Virus record (IMG/VR): IMGVR_UViG_3300021560_000057
Span: 1-30,037 of that record
DNA length: 30,037 nt
Direction: 5' to 3' (one strand)
Source of the DNA: a virus
Lineage: Duplodnaviria; Caudoviricetes
This document shows positions 1 through 8,205 of the stretch, piece after piece. A model generated the notes under the pieces. That model worked only from the letters and a program-made list of their open reading frames with translations. It was not told the DNA's origin and did no database searches. Numbering within the stretch: position 1 is the first letter of the stretch; the number at the start of each line of letters is the position of its first letter. The translations under genes were made by a program, and so were the position numbers.

Positions 1-2
1 AG

Positions 3-107
3 ACCCTGTTATTCGCTCCCGATGGTAGCGCCGATATCCTCGCACAGATCAAACTCGTCATGGAGGCGCGCCCGTTCCCCGAACCCCAACCCAAACCCGA
101 ACCATGA
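3..107 (+). CDS. Partial CDS (5' truncated), hypothetical protein
   Basis: Open frame from window start (TLLFAPDGSADILAQIKLVMEARPFPEPQPKPEP*); TGA 105-107 overlaps the next ATG (ATGA). Confidence 0.6.
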   Translation, partial: TLLFAPDGSADILAQIKLVMEARPFPEPQPKPEP

Positions 108-463
108 GAAAAGGCCAGAAAAAACCTAAACGTTTCGATCGACAAAGCGTAGTTCAAGCCCAGCTGGATGGCAGGATAATCACCCAAGCTGCAAAGGACG
201 CAGCGCGCCAGCAAGCTTTAGCTGCCAAGCAAGCTTTACTCAAAGAAATCACTCATGAGCTCGCGCCCGAATTGCGCTTATTGCGTGCTCGTAAACGCAG
301 AGATGAGCAATGGCGAGCAAAAGCCGAAGCCCAGGAAAAAGCCAAGGAAGACGCGCTTAGTCCAGCCAATATCGCTGCCGGGATGCGGGTAGCGGCGAGT
401 ATAGGCGCGTATTTCAGGGAAAAATGGGGTACGGGTCCAAAACGGCCTTCGAAAAAACAATGA
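104..463 (+). CDS. Hypothetical basic helical protein (119 aa)
   Basis: ATG coupled to upstream stop; Lys/Arg/Ala-rich helical composition. Confidence 0.7.
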   Translation: MRKGQKKPKRFDRQSVVQAQLDGRIITQAAKDAARQQALAAKQALLKEITHELAPELRLLRARKRRDEQWRAKAEAQEKAKEDALSPANIAAGMRVAASIGAYFREKWGTGPKRPSKKQ

Positions 464-577
464 TGGACTAAAGGTTTGGTGCTCAACATCTTAATTTTTG
501 CAATGCATCGGCATCCCATCATTGGGACAAATCCGCGTAATGTGAAGCTAAGATCAAGAGCGAAAAGACCTTAGATT

Positions 578-606
578 ATTATAACATAAAATAAAAACGT
601 TATGAA
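578..606 (-). promoter_or_regulatory. Candidate leftward extended -10 promoter
   Basis: Minus strand TG-T-TATAAT at 586-578 with TTCATA 17 bp upstream (606-601) in an AT-rich gap. Confidence 0.4.
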
Positions 607-985
607 CGAACGGCAGGAAAAAGCGCTGATGGAAGCGTGGCGAGCGCAATATGATCACGGGCTGGATATGGAATGTGCCCGCCTAAAGGCCGAAGGGGTA
701 CGTTTTAAGGCTGAGTTCATGGAAAATATGGAATTTGCCGCTTGGTATCTGATCGATGACGCGGTACACGAGAGCCCTGAACTCAAGCTCGCGCTGATGG
801 CGGACCTGGGGATAGACGACGAAGCAAAGCTTGTGGCGCTTATGGCACGAGTCTTGCTCAAACACCCTGAATATTTAATGGAAATGCTTGATGGCTGGCT
901 AGCGCAGGGAGGGCATCCGACTTTTAATGAAGCCCAGAAACGGCGGGTGATTTATTTCTTGCGGGAAGGTCGCTGGCCGACATAG
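602..985 (+). CDS. Hypothetical protein (127 aa)
   Basis: ATG after AT-rich gap; globular helical composition; no family recognised. Confidence 0.75.
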   Translation: MNERQEKALMEAWRAQYDHGLDMECARLKAEGVRFKAEFMENMEFAAWYLIDDAVHESPELKLALMADLGIDDEAKLVALMARVLLKHPEYLMEMLDGWLAQGGHPTFNEAQKRRVIYFLREGRWPT

Positions 986-998
986 TAAGCTAGCTACC

Positions 999-1280
999 AT
1001 GAGCGAAGAGCTCTTAGCCGTGACGCCCTTTAAACCGCCAGTCTACCAGAACCCTGGGGGTAAACCGCCGACCTCTATCCCGCCGCCTGGGCAAACGAGC
1101 GTAACCCAGGCACAAAACGTTGTTACAGGACGTTATGAAGTGTTTCGGGACGGTTATCGGATCGCGGTGGCTAAGACCAGCTTTCATGCTAGTGAGCTGG
1201 CGGCGCACGCCACCAATTCCTGGCCTAATCCCTATCAGGCCCCGATCGTGACCAGTTTCGAACCCCCGGCAGGTAGCTAG
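999..1280 (+). CDS. Hypothetical Pro-rich protein (93 aa)
   Basis: ATG 13 nt after previous stop; fits + strand packing. Confidence 0.65.
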   Translation: MSEELLAVTPFKPPVYQNPGGKPPTSIPPPGQTSVTQAQNVVTGRYEVFRDGYRIAVAKTSFHASELAAHATNSWPNPYQAPIVTSFEPPAGS

Positions 1281-1330
1281 GAAAAACGCTTGCAGTTCCG
1301 CTGTTGGTGGGCCCATAATATGAGCCACTT

Positions 1331-1537
1331 ATGAGCGACGGTGACGGCGGCCAATGGGTTCCTCCGATTAAATCGCGCCAGCCCGGCAGCGTAAAATCGG
1401 CAGACACAACTAAAGCAACCACGAGTGGCATCAAGGAGAGCGATTCCAGCCCGGAGGTCAGTATCCGCAAAAGTATCGGGTATAACCTCGGGAGCCAGCT
1501 CCAGCAAAAGGATACCGGGATTCATATCCAACCGTAG
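1331..1537 (+). CDS. Hypothetical protein (68 aa)
   Basis: Fills the gap between + strand genes; hydrophilic. Confidence 0.55.
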   Translation: MSDGDGGQWVPPIKSRQPGSVKSADTTKATTSGIKESDSSPEVSIRKSIGYNLGSQLQQKDTGIHIQP

Positions 1538-1564
1538 TCCTCAAGCGCTCTTCTAGCACCCCCC

Positions 1565-4500
1565 GTGCCTGCGCCCGGCCCGAGTCTGCCCGCGGCGCGT
1601 TATGTGCCGCCCCCGATCCCGTTGCCGCCGACCGCGTTCCCGGTCGACCCCGACGACGTTCCCGATTCCTTAGAAGAAATCTTAAAGAGCGGCGATACCC
1701 GCGAACCGATTGCCCAGGCGCTCGCGTACCTCTTTTACGTCGATTCGACCTTAATCTCGATCCCGGATGCGCCGGTTGACGGCGTAGCCTACGGTCGGCA
1801 GGATGCCGCCTGGGTCCCGATTGAAGGTGCCATTGGGCCACCCGGACCGCCCGGGCCGACCGGGCCAACCGGCGTACAGGGGCCGATGGGGTTACCCGGC
1901 CAGAACGGGCCGCCAGGGCCAGCCGGGCCACCAGGGCCCTTAGGTAACCCCGGACCGCAAGGCCCCAGCGGGCCGCCCGGGGTCCAGGGACCGCCTGGGG
2001 CAGCCTTAAACTTCAAAGGCAATGTCGCGACCCCGGCCAATCTACCGGCGAGCGGGAACGCGATCCAGGACTTCTACAGTGTCACCTCCACGGGGCACGG
2101 GTATTCCTGGAACGGCTCGGCCTGGATCGATGCCGGGCCCTGGATCGGGCCCGCCGGACCGACCGGGCCCACGGGTAACACCGGTGCAATCGGGCCCGCC
2201 GGGCCGCAGGGGGCCCAAGGTAACGCCGGCGCAGTGGGTCCTACCGGGCCGCCGGGAGCCACTGGCAACGCCGCTACGATAGCCGCGGGGCCCGTAACCA
2301 CGTTGGCTCCGGGTTCGCCGGCCACGATCACCAACGTCGGTTCGAGCTCAGCTGCCGTCTTCGATTTTGGTATCCCGCAAGGCGCGACCGGCTCACTTGG
2401 GCCGCAAGGGCCAGTTGGACCCGCCGGGCCCACCGGGCCACAAGGCCCGATCGGGGTAACAGGCAGCCAGGGGCCACAAGGCGCTACCGGGCCAGCCGGG
2501 CCGCAAGGCGCACCTGGAGGCGCCAGCGCCAACACGACCTTGAGCGCAGCCTTTACGATGCCGGCAGTCAACGGGACCGCAACCGCCAGCGTGGTGAACG
2601 CCAGCGTGTTCGGGGTCGGCAACATCGTCTTTATTCCGCCGATCGGTTACCTGTCCGTGAACGCGGTTAACGCCGGCACCAACCAACTGACGCTGGCGAA
2701 CAATCTGGCCGTCGCGGCTAACCTCGCTCCGGGTTCGAGCGCGCCCAGCGGTAACGCTGTAAGCGGGGTCGGGCCGCAAGGGCCCGCGGGTGCGACCGGG
2801 GCGACTGGCGCCACGGGGCCACAGGGGCCGGGCGGTAATACCGGGCCGCAAGGTGCCACTGGTGCCACGGGTGCGACTGGGGCAACCGGAGCCCAAGGGC
2901 CGGCTGGGGCGACGGGTGCTACCGGGCCGCAAGGCCAGGGCTACAACTGGCGCGGCACATGGTTTGCCAGTACGACCTATAACGCTTATGACTCGGTTGG
3001 CCGGAACGGCTCAAGTTATGTATCGGTCACCAGCGCGAATCTGGGCAATGATCCGGCGACCGATACGACGCACTGGAACCTCTTGGCACAGATGGGCGCT
3101 ACCGGAGCTCAGGGCGCGACTGGCGCTACCGGGCCGACCGGGCCGGCAGGCCAAGGTTATTCCTGGAAAGGCACCTGGAGCGCGGCAGTCGCGTACGTGC
3201 CTTATGATACGGTTTCTAGTGCGGGCTCGAGCTACGTCTGCATTGCGGCGCACACGAATCAGGTGCCGCCTAACGCCACCTATTGGAACTTGGTGGCGCA
3301 GCTGGGCGCGACAGGTGCCACGGGTGCGGCTGGAGCCACGGGCGCCCAAGGACCGCAAGGGGCGGCTGGGCCGACTGGAGCCACGGGCGCCCAAGGGCCC
3401 CAGGGGATTCAAGGGGCGACTGGTGCGACCGGGCAAGGCTACACATGGCGGGGTGCCTGGAGCGCCGCCACGGCGTACAACCCTTACGACACGGTCTCGA
3501 GCGCCGGGAGCTCCTATGTTTGTATCCAGGCGCATACCAACATCGCGCCGCCTAACCCGACCTACTGGAATTTGGTGGCGCAGCTCGGGGCCACGGGTGC
3601 CACTGGCCCGACCGGGGCGACTGGCAGCCAAGGGCCCCAAGGTGCCACGGGCAACCCCGGGGCCACCGGTGCACCGGGGACGGCGGCTAGTATCGCGGTT
3701 GGGACCACGAGCACGCTCGTGCCCGGAAGCGCTGCGACGGTGGCTAACTCAGGGTCGAGCTCGGTAGCGGTCTTTGATTTCGGGATCCCGGCAGGTGTAG
3801 CGGGTGCGCCTGGAGCAACGGGAGCGACCGGGCCGACTGGTAACCCTGGGGCGCAAGGTGCCGCGGGCAAGGACGCGGCCACCTTAACCATCGCGAATTT
3901 TACCGTGCCGGCGGTCGGGAGCACGGTCACCGTGTCAGTGGCTGATACGAGCTGGATCGTAGTCGGCCAAATGCTGTACGTCGACACCGCTGGAGGCGGG
4001 GCAGGATTGGCCGGTGCATTCCAGGTTCAATCGAAGACTAGCACCACGGTGACTCTGCTTAACCCGGCGCAGATGCAGCAGATCCCGCTGGCTTCGACCG
4101 GGCAGGCTGGGTTGATGGCACAGCTTTCAGGTCGGTCTAGCGACTACGTCGGGGGCGACAACGCCTGTCACGCTGTCCCTGGCGCAATCCCTGCGGGTAC
4201 AGTGTGGGACTTTGCTGGAGCAACGCTGCCGCCTGGATGGCTCTGGTGCGATGGCAGCGCCGTTGACCGCACTGTTTACGCAGGGCTATTCGCGGCCATC
4301 GGCACCACTTACGGGACGGGAAATGGCACCACCACCTTTAACGTTCCCGATAGTCGCGGACGCGCTTTGATTGGGGCTGGGCAAGGCAGCGGGTTAACCA
4401 ACCGTGTTTTAGCGGCCACCGGCGGTGAAGAAACGCATTTGCTCGTGAGCGCCGAAGTGCCTGCTCACTCTCACAACGTACTATGTTACAACCTGGGCGT

Positions 4501-4642
4501 GGCTTCAGGTGGCTTCGGGCAATATGTCTCTATTAACGCGGGAGGCTACACAGGACAGATTACTACTGATACGCAAGGCGGTGGCGGTGCTCACAATAAC
4601 GTGCCGCCGTTTCTGGTCGTGAACAGAATGATCAAGACATGA
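1565..4642 (+). CDS. Collagen-like tail/head fibre protein with foldon, repeated beta modules and C-terminal tail-collar domain (1025 aa)
   Basis: Long Gly-X-Y tracts; foldon-like [19 protein letters not shown]; three W-x-G-x-W...GSSY...W modules; collar motif [48 protein letters not shown]; HSH; end [16 protein letters not shown]. Confidence 0.92.
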   Translation: MPAPGPSLPAARYVPPPIPLPPTAFPVDPDDVPDSLEEILKSGDTREPIAQALAYLFYVDSTLISIPDAPVDGVAYGRQDAAWVPIEGAIGPPGPPGPTGPTGVQGPMGLPGQNGPPGPAGPPGPLGNPGPQGPSGPPGVQGPPGAALNFKGNVATPANLPASGNAIQDFYSVTSTGHGYSWNGSAWIDAGPWIGPAGPTGPTGNTGAIGPAGPQGAQGNAGAVGPTGPPGATGNAATIAAGPVTTLAPGSPATITNVGSSSAAVFDFGIPQGATGSLGPQGPVGPAGPTGPQGPIGVTGSQGPQGATGPAGPQGAPGGASANTTLSAAFTMPAVNGTATASVVNASVFGVGNIVFIPPIGYLSVNAVNAGTNQLTLANNLAVAANLAPGSSAPSGNAVSGVGPQGPAGATGATGATGPQGPGGNTGPQGATGATGATGATGAQGPAGATGATGPQGQGYNWRGTWFASTTYNAYDSVGRNGSSYVSVTSANLGNDPATDTTHWNLLAQMGATGAQGATGATGPTGPAGQGYSWKGTWSAAVAYVPYDTVSSAGSSYVCIAAHTNQVPPNATYWNLVAQLGATGATGAAGATGAQGPQGAAGPTGATGAQGPQGIQGATGATGQGYTWRGAWSAATAYNPYDTVSSAGSSYVCIQAHTNIAPPNPTYWNLVAQLGATGATGPTGATGSQGPQGATGNPGATGAPGTAASIAVGTTSTLVPGSAATVANSGSSSVAVFDFGIPAGVAGAPGATGATGPTGNPGAQGAAGKDAATLTIANFTVPAVGSTVTVSVADTSWIVVGQMLYVDTAGGGAGLAGAFQVQSKTSTTVTLLNPAQMQQIPLASTGQAGLMAQLSGRSSDYVGGDNACHAVPGAIPAGTVWDFAGATLPPGWLWCDGSAVDRTVYAGLFAAIGTTYGTGNGTTTFNVPDSRGRALIGAGQGSGLTNRVLAATGGEETHLLVSAEVPAHSHNVLCYNLGVASGGFGQYVSINAGGYTGQITTDTQGGGGAHNNVPPFLVVNRMIKT
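2939..3607 (+). repeat. Three ~50-aa carbohydrate-binding-like modules separated by collagen linkers
   Basis: GY.W.G.W...Y..YD.V...GSSYV....N..P....W.L.AQ.G at about 2939, 3155 and 3437; a fourth copy at about 20882 in the third fibre. Confidence 0.8.
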
Positions 4643-6261
4643 GCTTCCAGCAACCCCAGGTCGGTTACGTAGTGGCCAGCGGTGCCCTGGTTAATCCCGG
4701 CGGTGCGCAAGGTCCTGGAGGCGCGGCAGGCGACACCGCGATGGTGGGCTGCATCCAGATGTATCCTAGCACGACGCCGCCGGCAGGCTGGATGGTGGCT
4801 GATGGGAGCGCGATTTCACGTACCACTTACGCAGCGCTCTTTAATTTGATCGGGACGATCTTTGGCAGTGGCGATGGCTCGACCACATTCGCGCTACCGG
4901 ACCTGCGCAGCCGAGTGCCTTTGGGCGCAGGCCAGGGCAGCGGTTTAACCAATCGCACGCTAGCGGCAGTGGGCGGCGAAGAAGCGCACGCTTTAACGCT
5001 CGCCGAAGAAGCCCCGCATACCCATGGGATGGATCACTACCATAACTGGGGCGCGCAAGGCAGCCACGCGCACAGTGACTCGGGCCACACCCATCCGTAT
5101 ACCGGAGTCTTTGTCAGCGGCACGCAATGGGCCGCGAGCCCTGCCGCCTGGGGCCAATCGGCGAACACCACGGGCACCGGGTACGCCCAGATCGGTGCCG
5201 CAGCTACCCCGGCAGGCAACACCATGACCGCAGCCCAAACCAACGCGGCCTATGCTAATACAGCGGCAGCTGGCTCTGGCACGGCGCACAACACGATGCC
5301 GCCCTTTCTGGTAGTCGCCTTCATTATTAAAGTTTCGGTGACCGTGCCTGTGGGCGGACCAACCACACCGTTGGCCGATACGACCCAGTCGGGACTCTTG
5401 CGTCAGGTTTCAGGCTTAGTTACCGATTACATCGGGGGTGATAACCAGCCGCATGCGCTCCCGGCGTTCCCGACCAGCGGCTTTATTAGTAAGAGCGCGG
5501 CCTACACGTTAACGCCTGCCGACAACAACAAATATGTGATTTGTTCAGGCGGCAGCTGGACTTTGAGTTTGCCGGCTCCGGCACAGAGCTATGTGTGGAA
5601 CGTGCGCAATGACCAGGGGATCACCGGGACCACCGGCACCATCACGATCCAACCGGCCAGTGGCACGATCGACGGCAAAGCGTCGCTGGGGCTTTTACCA
5701 GGGCAGCAGTGCACCTTGTATTGTGACGGTACTAATTTTCGCAGCTTCGGGCTGCAGCGCATCGTTGTTCTGGGCACCCAGGATATTACCTCGGCGGTGG
5801 CCAACGCCACCATCCTTTTGCCGGTCGGTTATCGATTATTCGAATTAGAATGGACCGGAGTCCAGACAGTCGCGACTGGGCCGATGTGGCTACGAGGCTA
5901 TTTCAGCGCGGACGGCGGGGCCACTTGGCTGACCAGCACCGCGTATTATTACGGCTATTACTATCTTAGTGCGGTTTCCACTGTATCAGGGGGCTCAGCC
6001 AATGCTGTCAGTTCGGCTTACATAGGCTGGGGAGTAGACCAAGGCGGTGCGCGTGGACATATCCGGGCCACACTTTGCCCAGGCGGCTTAGGGCGCGATG
6101 CCAGTTGGCACTCCGACGGCGGCGGTTTTGCAACATCATGGCCGGGAAAGCTGGGTGCCTGGGGCTTTTATAACGGCCCGACCCAGATGAACGCGCTCCA
6201 GTATTTTCTTGATTCGGGCAACATCGCCCAAAGCTATCTGACCGTGAAAGGGATTGTTTAA
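4639..6261 (+). CDS. Tail fibre / receptor-binding protein with N-terminal tail-collar domain (540 aa)
   Basis: ATGA-coupled; [43 protein letters not shown]; four HxH motifs; then two further beta-rich domains. Confidence 0.9.
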   Translation: MSFQQPQVGYVVASGALVNPGGAQGPGGAAGDTAMVGCIQMYPSTTPPAGWMVADGSAISRTTYAALFNLIGTIFGSGDGSTTFALPDLRSRVPLGAGQGSGLTNRTLAAVGGEEAHALTLAEEAPHTHGMDHYHNWGAQGSHAHSDSGHTHPYTGVFVSGTQWAASPAAWGQSANTTGTGYAQIGAAATPAGNTMTAAQTNAAYANTAAAGSGTAHNTMPPFLVVAFIIKVSVTVPVGGPTTPLADTTQSGLLRQVSGLVTDYIGGDNQPHALPAFPTSGFISKSAAYTLTPADNNKYVICSGGSWTLSLPAPAQSYVWNVRNDQGITGTTGTITIQPASGTIDGKASLGLLPGQQCTLYCDGTNFRSFGLQRIVVLGTQDITSAVANATILLPVGYRLFELEWTGVQTVATGPMWLRGYFSADGGATWLTSTAYYYGYYYLSAVSTVSGGSANAVSSAYIGWGVDQGGARGHIRATLCPGGLGRDASWHSDGGGFATSWPGKLGAWGFYNGPTQMNALQYFLDSGNIAQSYLTVKGIV

Positions 6262-6265
6262 ATCT

Positions 6266-6520
6266 ATGACCGCTAGCCAAATCCAAGCTCTCAAAGTCGG
6301 TGACCAGTGTTCCTGGCACGATCAACGCGACGAAACTAACCTCACAATCGTAACGGTGGTCCAGAACGGCCCTAATACGGTGGGGACCGAAGTTAATCCA
6401 CTGGACCGCAGCGCCATGCTGCCTGAGACCGAATCCTACCTGGGGCTGCAATTTCCGGGTGACCCGCACATCCGGATCTTTCCGGTGGACAGAGATTTCC
6501 CGGCGCTAAACCCGCTATGA
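6266..6520 (+). CDS. Hypothetical protein (~84 aa)
   Basis: ATG at 6266 preferred to TTG 6254; stop overlaps next ATG. Confidence 0.6.
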   Translation: MTASQIQALKVGDQCSWHDQRDETNLTIVTVVQNGPNTVGTEVNPLDRSAMLPETESYLGLQFPGDPHIRIFPVDRDFPALNPL

Positions 6521-6726
6521 ACATCCGGGTACAGAATTTTAGCGTAGTCCATTTCAAGGCGCCGGATCCGGTCACCAAAGAGCCCCGGGAAGTGATCCTG
6601 CTCTACGCTTTGGGGGCTGACGGCGTCATTTACGAATTTAACGGCGAATGGCAGGCGCTTCCCATTGATCCCGAGCGGGTTAAAACCCACTGGCTGCCGC
6701 CGCAGCGACAATCCACGAACTCTTAA
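6517..6726 (+). CDS. Hypothetical protein (69 aa)
   Basis: ATGA-coupled; small beta-rich sequence (LYALGADGVIYEFNGEWQALP). Confidence 0.65.
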   Translation: MNIRVQNFSVVHFKAPDPVTKEPREVILLYALGADGVIYEFNGEWQALPIDPERVKTHWLPPQRQSTNS

Positions 6727-6740
6727 ACCACTAAAGTCTT

Positions 6741-7235
6741 ATGAACGGTATCAGCCCATTAGTCTGGCAACCCGATGACACGGTCCATCAAGCTTTGAGC
6801 CGGATCGCGAACTCCGGGGATTACAAGGAACCCGTGGCACAATATCTGGCTGCGATAATTGACAAGTTTCTCTTGGGCGGCGCTGCCTCTGGCCCGCCCG
6901 GGCCGCCGGGGCCACAAGGGCCGATCGGCGTACCGGGGCCAGTCGGACCAGCGGGTGAGCAGGGTGCCACTGGGCCAACCGGGCCAGCGGGCGCACCCGG
7001 GCCAGCCGGACCGGCAGGGCCGGTCGGGGAGGCACCAGCTGATGGCACCCCTTACGTGCGCCAGGATCTGGGCTGGGTGCAGGATAAGACCGCACCGGCC
7101 AGCTCGCTGGTGTTAAGCGATGGCACGAACCAGATCACGATCGGGATCGGGCCCGATGGCGATCTGTGGGCCACGCAACAGAGCGGCCCTAATGCCGGCA
7201 AGGGCACGGATTTAACCTTTGGCAAATGGCAATGA
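6741..7235 (+). CDS. Short collagen fibre with foldon-like trimerisation motif (164 aa)
   Basis: Gly-X-Y tract followed by [17 protein letters not shown]; N-terminus similar to that of 1565..4642. Confidence 0.85.
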   Translation: MNGISPLVWQPDDTVHQALSRIANSGDYKEPVAQYLAAIIDKFLLGGAASGPPGPPGPQGPIGVPGPVGPAGEQGATGPTGPAGAPGPAGPAGPVGEAPADGTPYVRQDLGWVQDKTAPASSLVLSDGTNQITIGIGPDGDLWATQQSGPNAGKGTDLTFGKWQ

Positions 7236-7876
7236 TGTTTCAATTGTCCAGTGCAATTGTGCCCCCGGGCGGCTTTATCTATGATCAGCCGCTAGCCGAC
7301 GGTTCCCGGATGCGGATCACCGGGGCCAGCTACGATCACGTGCTCGAGCTGATCCTGAAGTTTCGGCTGGCGCATCTCGCGTTGTTAGTGCCCGGTGTTC
7401 AAGCGACCCAGGAAGCGGTAGCGAGCGATTATAACGAGGCCGTCTGCAGCCAGTACCCCTGGTTGTGCAAACCCTTAAACGCGCCCGTGCCGGACCCGAG
7501 TGCCGGCCAGGGCGCACCCGGCTTTATCCCGCTCTTTAGCCGGATGCTGGAAAACTTAAACGAGCTCAAAAACGCCGGGGCTATCCCTTACGTCGACCAG
7601 ATGCAAGCCCAGAGCCGGGCGAACATCTGTATGAACTGTCCCCAGAACATCCAGTGGGAAACTAACTGCGGGAACTGCAACCAGAACTTGGTCGCGCTCT
7701 CCTACCAGATCCGGCAAGGGCGCCGGCTGGGGGCCGACTCGGCGCTGCGCGGGTGCCGGGCCTTCGGCACCGCCTTAGCGGTCAGTGTCTGGCTGGCTGA
7801 CCCGGGCGGGGACGCCCGTTACCAACCGCCTTCAATCTGTTGGCGGGTTAGGAGCCCGGAACTATCCCAACCATGA
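7232..7876 (+). CDS. Cys-rich putative metal-binding protein (~214 aa)
   Basis: ATG 7232 overlaps upstream TGA; eight Cys including CMNC and CGNC. Confidence 0.75.
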   Translation: MMFQLSSAIVPPGGFIYDQPLADGSRMRITGASYDHVLELILKFRLAHLALLVPGVQATQEAVASDYNEAVCSQYPWLCKPLNAPVPDPSAGQGAPGFIPLFSRMLENLNELKNAGAIPYVDQMQAQSRANICMNCPQNIQWETNCGNCNQNLVALSYQIRQGRRLGADSALRGCRAFGTALAVSVWLADPGGDARYQPPSICWRVRSPELSQP

Positions 7877-8205
7877 ACTTCGAACACCCAGACCGGTTCC
7901 GGATCACGCTGGAACTGTGGCGTTTTAAAACTGAGTCGCAATTTGTCCGGATCTGTTTCCAGGAAGATGAGCACGCTGAACAACACATCGATTTGCACGG
8001 GCACCAGGGGCCGGTCACGAGCCTCATGATTAACAAGGCCCTATTCAAGCTGGTCCGGTTTTTAGTGGACAACTCGGTGTACGGCGACGCCACGAGCAAA
8101 GAACGCCGGTACGGCAGGCGCGATCTGGTCCGGGCCCAGCGCGAAGCCGACCAGTTAGAGATTAAGTTCGGACCTTTGGAAAGGATTAGCGACTATGGCA
8201 CTTAA
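7873..8205 (+). CDS. Hypothetical protein (110 aa)
   Basis: ATGA-coupled; overlaps the portal start by 11 nt. Confidence 0.65.
   Translation: MNFEHPDRFRITLELWRFKTESQFVRICFQEDEHAEQHIDLHGHQGPVTSLMINKALFKLVRFLVDNSVYGDATSKERRYGRRDLVRAQREADQLEIKFGPLERISDYGT

Noticed and set aside
461-574. Stop-codon readthrough or alternative genetic code
   Set aside because: TGA, TAG and TAA all end genes cleanly with coupled downstream starts; the readthrough peptide is unconvincing.
2939-3607. Diversity-generating retroelement TR/VR pair
   Set aside because: Differences between repeats are mostly synonymous and not adenine-specific; no reverse transcriptase in the window.
1789-3987. Long minus-strand and alternate-frame ORFs over the collagen region
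   Set aside because: Shadow ORFs expected from GC-rich Gly-X-Y codons; no RBS or independent motifs.
1565-6261. Invertase/shufflon tail-fibre switching
   Set aside because: All fibre segments are on one strand; no inverted crossover sites or recombinase seen.
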